Below are positions 58,901 to 64,000 of a DNA stretch of 64,000 bases, piece after piece. Location of the stretch: the NCBI GenBank assembly GCA_964508365.1, contig CAZDTP010000005.1, forward strand, positions 1-64,000, in the 5' to 3' direction. The notes below the pieces were generated by a model, which did no database searches, was not told the DNA's origin, and saw only the letters and a list, made by a program, of their open reading frames with translations. The DNA is from an uncultured archaeon. GTDB taxonomy: Archaea; Asgardarchaeota; Lokiarchaeia; Sigyniarchaeales; SOKP01. A program made the position numbers and the translations under genes. Every line of letters starts with the position of its first letter. Position 1 is the stretch's first letter.

Positions 58901-59301
58901 AAGTAATTCCCTTGGCGAAAGAGATTAGTAAACTAGGATTCACTATATTTGCTACAGAAGATACAAAAAATGCTTTAACAAGGAATAACATAAACGCTGT
59001 GAAACTTTATAAAGTTCACGAATATGGTTTGGAGCCTAATATTATGCAATGTTTGCAGGATGGGCGTATAGACATGGTAATAAACATCCCATTGCCAACT
59101 ACAGTAGAAGAGAAATTTAAAACCATAATGGAAGACGAATATCAAATTAGACGCATGGCAGTAGATTATAATATTCCTGTGATAATTAATCTACAATTAG
59201 CAAAAGCTATTATCGACGCTATAAGAAATATGCGTGAAAAGAAAATTGAAATAAAGTCGCTTAACGAGTATCATCAAACGCTAAAAGAAGTATACTGGTG
59301 A
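55990..59301 (+). CDS. carB: Carbamoyl-phosphate synthase large subunit
   Basis: IGQAGEFDYSG, two ATP-grasp halves, C-terminal MGS-like domain. Confidence 0.98.
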   Translation: MPLDKSIKIALVLGSGGIRIGQAGEFDYSGSQVLKALKEEGIKTILINPNIATIQTDPELSDQVYLLPINVKYVEEVIKKEKPDGIILAFGGQTALNVGVELKEQGILEKYNIRVLGTPIEAIEVTEDRDLFVKAMNKADAKVCQSKAVTSYKEAIKVAQEFGFPLMLRVAYTLGGRGSGIIDDMKDFERMAKKGLAQSRINQILIEESVWGWKEVEYEVVRDSADNCFINCNMENFDPVGIHTGESIVVAPSQTLTNEEYHMLRSASIRVIRSLGIIGECNIQYALNPFSKEFRVIEVNARLSRSSALASKATGYPLAYIAAKLAIGYNLPELKNKITGITTACFEPALDYLVLKIPRWDLTKFQKVDRRIGSQMKSVGEVMAIGRTFEEVLQKAVRMLDIGMKGLVANDLEEIEDINELKYALRNPTDLRLFRIAEAIKRGISIDEIYRLSRVDKWFLYKLKNIVDLNRQIQDIELLESDDNTKKYWLERAKRYGFSDGQIAKIMGVDSIFIRQMRRRLNIQPYVKRIDTLAAEWPAVTNYLYLTYSASEHDIDFESEYKSNLTKVIVLGSGTYRIGASVEFDWGSVNCLWGLKKLGIDQAIMINYNPETVSTDYDISDKLYFEELSGERVLDICELEKADGLVVSAGGQIANNLAAKFSKYSDFFRKTSIKILGTHGTRIDMAEDRSKFSTLLDQLHIKQPEWNALTTKEEAIEFAQKVGYPILVRPSYVLSGAAMRVSYDEKTLQDTLDLAASISSEYPVVITKFFINAREIECDGVCDGENVLIGAIVEHIENAGIHSGDATMVIPPQTVSKEVISKIEDYTKKIALALKIHGPFNVQYLVKNNEVYVIECNLRSSRSMPYVSKSRGINLMRLAAEVIMGGKIPKRLMNLPLGDYVSIKAPMFSFMRLDKADPVLGVEMSSTGEVACIGEDFPDALMKSLEAADMNVPIEGGNILISVGGEKLKNEVIPLAKEISKLGFTIFATEDTKNALTRNNINAVKLYKVHEYGLEPNIMQCLQDGRIDMVINIPLPTTVEEKFKTIMEDEYQIRRMAVDYNIPVIINLQLAKAIIDAIRNMREKKIEIKSLNEYHQTLKEVYW
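59247..59301 (+). repeat. Direct repeat copy A (last 55 nt of carB); partner at 60039-60093
   Basis: 47/55 identical by manual alignment, no gaps. Confidence 0.85.
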
Positions 59302-59382
59302 TTTTGCATATCTTGGTTATGATCTCTTCTTTCTTTTTAAAATTACTAGTCGTTCTAAAATCTCCAATTTAATGGCAATAAT

Positions 59383-59985
59383 TTATGCATAAATTTCCTG
59401 TCTCGAAATTGAAAGATTTTTGTAGTTTAAAACGAGTTTAATGCACTCCCTATAATTAGAGACCCAGCGAGAATTTATAACGTATGGTCTCCTATCTCCA
59501 AAATAAATCCGAAGTTGAATAGTCTTCCGCCTTCTAGGTTCTTTAGAAGAATAAAAAAGAACCCAAGATGATAGCAATCGACGGTGATCTTCTTTTATTT
59601 TTACGTAATCTATATCGGCAATATCTTCAAAAGGGATAAATCTGGTTTTTAGAGATAATAAAATCGTTGGTTTACGAAGCATTATACCGTTCTCGTAAAT
59701 TATGATGTAACTTAAAAAATATCTAACGACGGATAAGAATGTGATTATACCCATAATGCACCAACCGAGAAGCAGCACAATTGCTATGATTGGACCGCCT
59801 TCACGCATTAAAGATTCATTAAAAAAATAGAAAATAAAAAACACAATGAACATTAATGTAGAACTAAGCCCATAGCTGAGATCGCCCTTCCAACCACTTT
59901 TGTTCCATTGAGCAAGCTCGTTCCTCCATATTTCTTTTAATAGCGATTTTTCCATGTTGAACTGTTTATTTCCTTTTATATTCAA
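59383..59985 (-). CDS. Hypothetical membrane protein, 2 TM plus bacterial-PH-like domain
   Basis: Two hydrophobic helices, then IIIYENGIMLRK...IPFEDIADI, typical of bPH-like domains. Confidence 0.65.
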   Translation of the reverse strand: MNIKGNKQFNMEKSLLKEIWRNELAQWNKSGWKGDLSYGLSSTLMFIVFFIFYFFNESLMREGGPIIAIVLLLGWCIMGIITFLSVVRYFLSYIIIYENGIMLRKPTILLSLKTRFIPFEDIADIDYVKIKEDHRRLLSSWVLFYSSKEPRRRKTIQLRIYFGDRRPYVINSRWVSNYRECIKLVLNYKNLSISRQEIYA

Positions 59986-60038
59986 AATAATAGTATTATC
60001 TTTTCGTTTAAAATATTATCGGAGGCATTAAAAAAAAA

Positions 60039-60093
60039 TGAAATAAAATCGCTTAACAAGTATCATCAACCGCTAAAAAAAATGTATTGGTAA
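60039..60093 (+). pseudogene. Degenerate second copy of the carB 3' end
   Basis: Encodes EIKSLNKYHQPLKKMYW* versus carB EIKSLNEYHQTLKEVYW*. Confidence 0.85.
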
Positions 60094-60131
60094 GAGAAAT
60101 AAAAAAAAGATTTTAGATTTTTAAATTTATT

Positions 60132-61082
60132 TTAATCTCGTTTAATTTTTGTGAAGATCCAAGGGACTAATGTAATAACTAAAAACGCTAATACGAAATA
60201 TTTAGTAAATCTCCAAACAAAAAAATCAGAAGAATAAACGCTTAATGTAAAATAAAAAACCAGAGTTAAAACTATCCCTATTACAAGATTAACAAGTTTC
60301 TGTTTGTTATTGAGTGCTTTTGGGTCGTAATGAATTTTTTCGTTTTCGATTAAATAACCAAGCGCTATCCCCATTAGCCCGCCACAACACAAACCGTAGT
60401 CAAGCGTAGTAGCAGGAAATATAATAAGAGCTATAGTTAACATGACAATAGGAATTATTATTGCTAGAATTATCTTGGTTAGAAAATTCAGAGATTTGGC
60501 TTTTTCAGAGATTAGTGGCTCAAAGTAGATGAACAAAACCAAGAAAAGAGTGCCATAAAAGAATCCCCCCCATACATCTTCTAAATCGTGTACTCCGACT
60601 ACGATTCTCGATATTCCGATTAAATAGATGAATATTATAAATAACCATTGCAGAATTTTATTATCTTTTTTGTACGACTCATAAGACATTAGTCCCCAAA
60701 CTGCTACGGCATTTTGTGAATGCCCAGAAGGAAAACCAAAGCCTGTTTCATATGTGTTAGTCACAGGACGGGGATCTTGAAAGATGTCCTTTAAAATTCC
60801 GTTAATGTAATAAGAACCTAAAAGAGAGAACCCTACATTTCTTCCAAATTTTATATCGTATACGAATATTAAAGCCGCAAGTAATAGGATCTGTACAATA
60901 TCTTCTCCTATATAGGATATTGCCCGAAAAATTGTGAAAGTGACTGTATTACCATAAAATACTAGGTTGAAATATATGTTAAGTCCTAATAGTAACAAGA
61001 TTCCTCCAACTACGAAATTGACCGCTGCGAGTATTACTATAATGAGTAATATTTTTTTTGATAAAGTACTAATTTCGCTCAA
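60132..61082 (-). CDS. PAP2 family membrane phosphatase
   Basis: KDIFQDPRP, FPSGH, SRIVVGVHDLED motifs C1-C3. Confidence 0.92.
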   Translation of the reverse strand: MSEISTLSKKILLIIVILAAVNFVVGGILLLLGLNIYFNLVFYGNTVTFTIFRAISYIGEDIVQILLLAALIFVYDIKFGRNVGFSLLGSYYINGILKDIFQDPRPVTNTYETGFGFPSGHSQNAVAVWGLMSYESYKKDNKILQWLFIIFIYLIGISRIVVGVHDLEDVWGGFFYGTLFLVLFIYFEPLISEKAKSLNFLTKIILAIIIPIVMLTIALIIFPATTLDYGLCCGGLMGIALGYLIENEKIHYDPKALNNKQKLVNLVIGIVLTLVFYFTLSVYSSDFFVWRFTKYFVLAFLVITLVPWIFTKIKRD

Positions 61083-61294
61083 TATTTTTCACTTTTTATT
61101 TTAGATTTTCAAAAAAACAATTAATATGATAATATTTTTTCAAACTATTATAAAAGGTTTTCTTCAAAAATTACAGATAAATATATAATTTCACTATTAA
61201 TAAAAATCATGAAAAACAATAAATAGTAATTAAAGTTTGCTTTAGATAACTGTTTAAATGTGATGAATAACAAATTATATCGGGTGTTAAACGC

Positions 61295-61582
61295 ATTTAC
61301 TATCGAGGATACATTTTGGTTCGCTTGAAGATTATCGGAACTCAGTGGAAGATCGTAGAGAAATTAAAATACTTTCAACCTATTGAAGGTCACGATTGGA
61401 AAATTACTTACTCATCACCTACTTACGGTGGATGGGATTTAATTATAGAATGCGTATTTAATAATCTAGATGATTTGGATGAGATCGTATCTTTTTGTCG
61501 GATGGACAACGATTTGAAAGAGTGGATCGATGCAACAACCACCCTAATTAGCACAAAAAAAAACTTTGATATCAAATCATGA
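61295..61582 (+). CDS. Stand-alone Lrp/AsnC ligand-binding (RAM) domain protein
   Basis: GYILVRL first strand, YGGWDLIIEC, DLDEIV, IDATTTLI. Needs a start upstream of the ORF-track TTG 61316; candidate ATT 61295. Confidence 0.7.
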   Translation: MYYRGYILVRLKIIGTQWKIVEKLKYFQPIEGHDWKITYSSPTYGGWDLIIECVFNNLDDLDEIVSFCRMDNDLKEWIDATTTLISTKKNFDIKS

Positions 61583-61588
61583 ACAATT

Positions 61589-62587
61589 TCAAATCAAATT
61601 ATTGATAATTATTTCTGAAATATCTGACGAATATTCGCCAGTTCTCCTTATACTCTCAATAATAAAACCTATTTCTACAAGGTATTCTGAGTTAGGGCTA
61701 ATTTTAATGGCGTTACACGCTTTTATTAACTTTTTTATCGATTCAATATTTTCATTTGCTAACTTTAAATCTTTTTGGAGCCAAGCATCTAAACTCATAT
61801 TAAGTAATTCAAGAGAGATTTCGCTTGCTTTCATGATGTTATTGTATAATTCCTTATCGATTTCTTGATAGTCTATTAGAATTACATTTCTAGCGATTTT
61901 CACGGCATGATCTCCTATTCGTTCTAAAAATCTGCTAATAAATTTGTAATTACTAGCATCCTCTAAGGTGATATCTAATTTTTGACACAAAATTATATCT
62001 CGTAATACGATATGAGCCTGGCGCTCAACTAACCAATTCAATCTATCAATATCATCATCAATTTCAATTACTTTTTTTGCTAATGTTTTATCCCCTGTTT
62101 CCAAGGCTTTAAGTGCGTCTTCGTGCATACCGTTAGCTAAAATATACATTCTTTTTATGGTTTTTTCAAAGGGCATTTCTGTAGGGTCTACTAAATCTTT
62201 CATTTTAATACTATTTTCTGATTCTTCTTCGATTTCTATACCTATAGTAATTTTACTAAACTCTCTTACTGTGTGTTTAATATCGGAGTTAAACTTTCTA
62301 CTAGATATCACTTTTATAACATTGTAACCCATGATATAAGCACCTATTAAGAGTCTGAATAAAAAATCTGGATCCTTAATTTCCTCAACATCAAAGATTT
62401 TTTCTTTAATATTTTTCTCTGAACTCATGTATGGAATAATTAACAAATTCCCATCGGGTTGTGAAATAATACCAATTGTATCTTTAGCTTTAATTTCGTG
62501 CCTATTAATCCATTCCTTTGGTAAGCTAATAATAAAAGAAGAACCACCCGTTTTTTGTACTTTTCTTGCCTCAATGTTGAAAGACAT
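61589..62587 (-). CDS. phoU: Archaeal PhoU-type phosphate uptake regulator with N-terminal AbrB domain
   Basis: RKVQKTGGSSFIISLPKEW (AbrB), DDDIDRL, RFLERIGDHA, SIRRTGEY. Confidence 0.92.
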   Translation of the reverse strand: MSFNIEARKVQKTGGSSFIISLPKEWINRHEIKAKDTIGIISQPDGNLLIIPYMSSEKNIKEKIFDVEEIKDPDFLFRLLIGAYIMGYNVIKVISSRKFNSDIKHTVREFSKITIGIEIEEESENSIKMKDLVDPTEMPFEKTIKRMYILANGMHEDALKALETGDKTLAKKVIEIDDDIDRLNWLVERQAHIVLRDIILCQKLDITLEDASNYKFISRFLERIGDHAVKIARNVILIDYQEIDKELYNNIMKASEISLELLNMSLDAWLQKDLKLANENIESIKKLIKACNAIKISPNSEYLVEIGFIIESIRRTGEYSSDISEIIINNLI

Positions 62588-62802
62588 AACTTTTTCACCT
62601 TATTTAATATTTTATATATATATAATATAATTTTTATGATACTAAATATATACTATCTCTATATTCTATATATATTGATCTTAAAATGCATTAATCCCCG
62701 ATTGGAGAGTTTATAGTTTAAAATTTAAAGTTTAAGATACCTTTATATAACTGAAATGCATCTCTTTTTTTATATAAGAAGACATCAAAAAATCCTTTCA
62801 AA

Positions 62803-63000
62803 ATGGAAAGTAAGTTTAACCTCTGCCCTCGATGCAAAGGTACTAGAATAATTGATATAGGCGATACCATTGAATGCCCAGATTGCAGATTAGAATTTGA
62901 AAAAGCTGATATTGAAGCCCTTGAGTCTGACCAAATTTTCGCAATATCTGAAAAACTAGAGTTTATTAGGGGCATTAAGAACAATAATAATAATATTTGA
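62803..63000 (+). CDS. Small zinc-ribbon protein
   Basis: CPRC...CPDC two-knuckle motif. Confidence 0.7.
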   Translation: MESKFNLCPRCKGTRIIDIGDTIECPDCRLEFEKADIEALESDQIFAISEKLEFIRGIKNNNNNI

Positions 63001-63141
63001 TCTTTTTTTTAAGTAAATACCTTTTCTGTTAGTTTTTACTTATAGGTTATTATAAAAATTCTATTAACGAATCGTTATTTTTCTAATTTATAGTTGAGAA
63101 TTACAAAATAACTTTTTATTAATTATAATCATCGAAATGGA

Positions 63142-63273
63142 ATGACGCTGAATAAGAAAAAATTAGTTTCTGAACCGTTAGTGGAATTTTCTCCGGGTAA
63201 AGATCCTTATATTAAAGCGCGGAAAAAAGGGCCTAGCTGGTTTAATAATATTAAAATCTTTTTCTACCAATAA
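63142..63273 (+). CDS. Possible 43-aa small ORF or gene remnant
   Basis: MTLNKKKLVSEPLVEFSPGKDPYIKARKKGPSWFNNIKIFFYQ*; more GC-rich than flanking spacer, no recognised motif. Confidence 0.3.
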   Translation: MTLNKKKLVSEPLVEFSPGKDPYIKARKKGPSWFNNIKIFFYQ

Positions 63274-63303
63274 AAAGGATATTCTAATTAAAAACAAATA
63301 ATT

Positions 63304-63984
63304 ATGTCTATTATGAACATTAAAAATTGGAAAAATCGCGCAGTTTTTTCATTATTTCTGAGTTCTGTGATATTTCTAGTATTAGTTTTTCTTGCGATGG
63401 CGTTCTATGCAGGTGGAACACGCGATAATCCCGCTTTTCCAGGATATTCTTTTTGGGGGAATACGATAAGCGACTCTGGGCGTTCTATTGCATGGTCTGG
63501 GATAATCAACACCACATCGATGGTATTTTTATCTTTGTCCTTGATAATTTATGGGGTATTTTACATACCGTTTTATCTTTTGGTTTCGGATTCACTTACC
63601 GAAGGAAAGTTAGAAAAGATTTCAAGTAAAATTGGTGCAATTTTTGGCATTCTGTCCTCAATTTCTTTAATAGGAATTGCATTTACTCCCGCTGATATTC
63701 TCTATATCTACCACATGATTTTCGTCTTCATTGGATACATCTCCATTTTCTTAAACGGCGTATTCTTTTCAATCGCATTTTATAAAAATAAGGAATTTTC
63801 AAATACATATGCTCTAATCTTCGGAATTTATACGATATTTTATTTCATGTCCATTCTTCTAAGCTTGATTGGGTTATTGATTGATAGAAACCTTATGGTG
63901 CTTTTTCAAAAACTTGGAACTTTTGCCGGTCTCGTTGCTTTTCTCATTATAGGATATGGATTTTGGAAATTTAAGAAAGCATAA
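63304..63984 (+). CDS. Hypothetical membrane protein (DUF998-like)
   Basis: YSFWGNTISDSG motif, H..F, about 5-6 TM segments. Confidence 0.75.
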   Translation: MSIMNIKNWKNRAVFSLFLSSVIFLVLVFLAMAFYAGGTRDNPAFPGYSFWGNTISDSGRSIAWSGIINTTSMVFLSLSLIIYGVFYIPFYLLVSDSLTEGKLEKISSKIGAIFGILSSISLIGIAFTPADILYIYHMIFVFIGYISIFLNGVFFSIAFYKNKEFSNTYALIFGIYTIFYFMSILLSLIGLLIDRNLMVLFQKLGTFAGLVAFLIIGYGFWKFKKA

Positions 63985-64000
63985 AAAAATAAAATCCTTT

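Noticed and set aside
1-64000. rRNA, tRNA, CRISPR arrays, IS/transposase or integrase genes
   Set aside because: No GC-rich cloverleaf-like or rRNA-like segment, no regularly spaced repeats and no DDE or tyrosine-recombinase motifs found by eye; tRNAscan/Infernal would be needed to be certain.

Overview
AT-rich, gene-dense window with no rRNA, tRNA, CRISPR array, transposase or integrase that I can find. It looks like an Asgard archaeon (Lokiarchaeia-like; inference from a Rab-like GTPase, HEAT and HEAT-LRR proteins, archaeal TrmB-like and AbrB-PhoU regulators, and GGTG-type ribosome-binding motifs). Content: (i) fermentative and acyl-CoA metabolism (ADP-forming acyl-CoA synthetase alpha subunit, three-gene 2-oxoacid:ferredoxin oxidoreductase operon, ThDP enzyme, ADH, acyl-CoA ligase, IVD-type acyl-CoA dehydrogenase, crotonases, 4-hydroxybutyryl-CoA dehydratase); (ii) an ~18-kb carbohydrate locus (GH36-like and GH172 hydrolases, sulfatase, fucose/arabinose-isomerase-like protein, two GPH symporters) interleaved with URO-D/MtaA-family genes (five paralogues in the window); (iii) housekeeping genes valS (bacterial type), pyrG, carAB and phoU. 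Best leads: (1) the oxidoreductase beta subunit is a circular permutant, with the ThDP-binding GDG...N motif split between its C- and N-termini; (2) several intergenic spacers hold orphan 3' tips of protein genes, and two of them (URO-D, carB) form direct repeats that bracket small cargo modules, resembling integrase-free insertion scars; (3) repeated hydrolase + transporter + URO-D modules; (4) probable ATT/ATA start codons. All family assignments come from motif recognition, not database searches.
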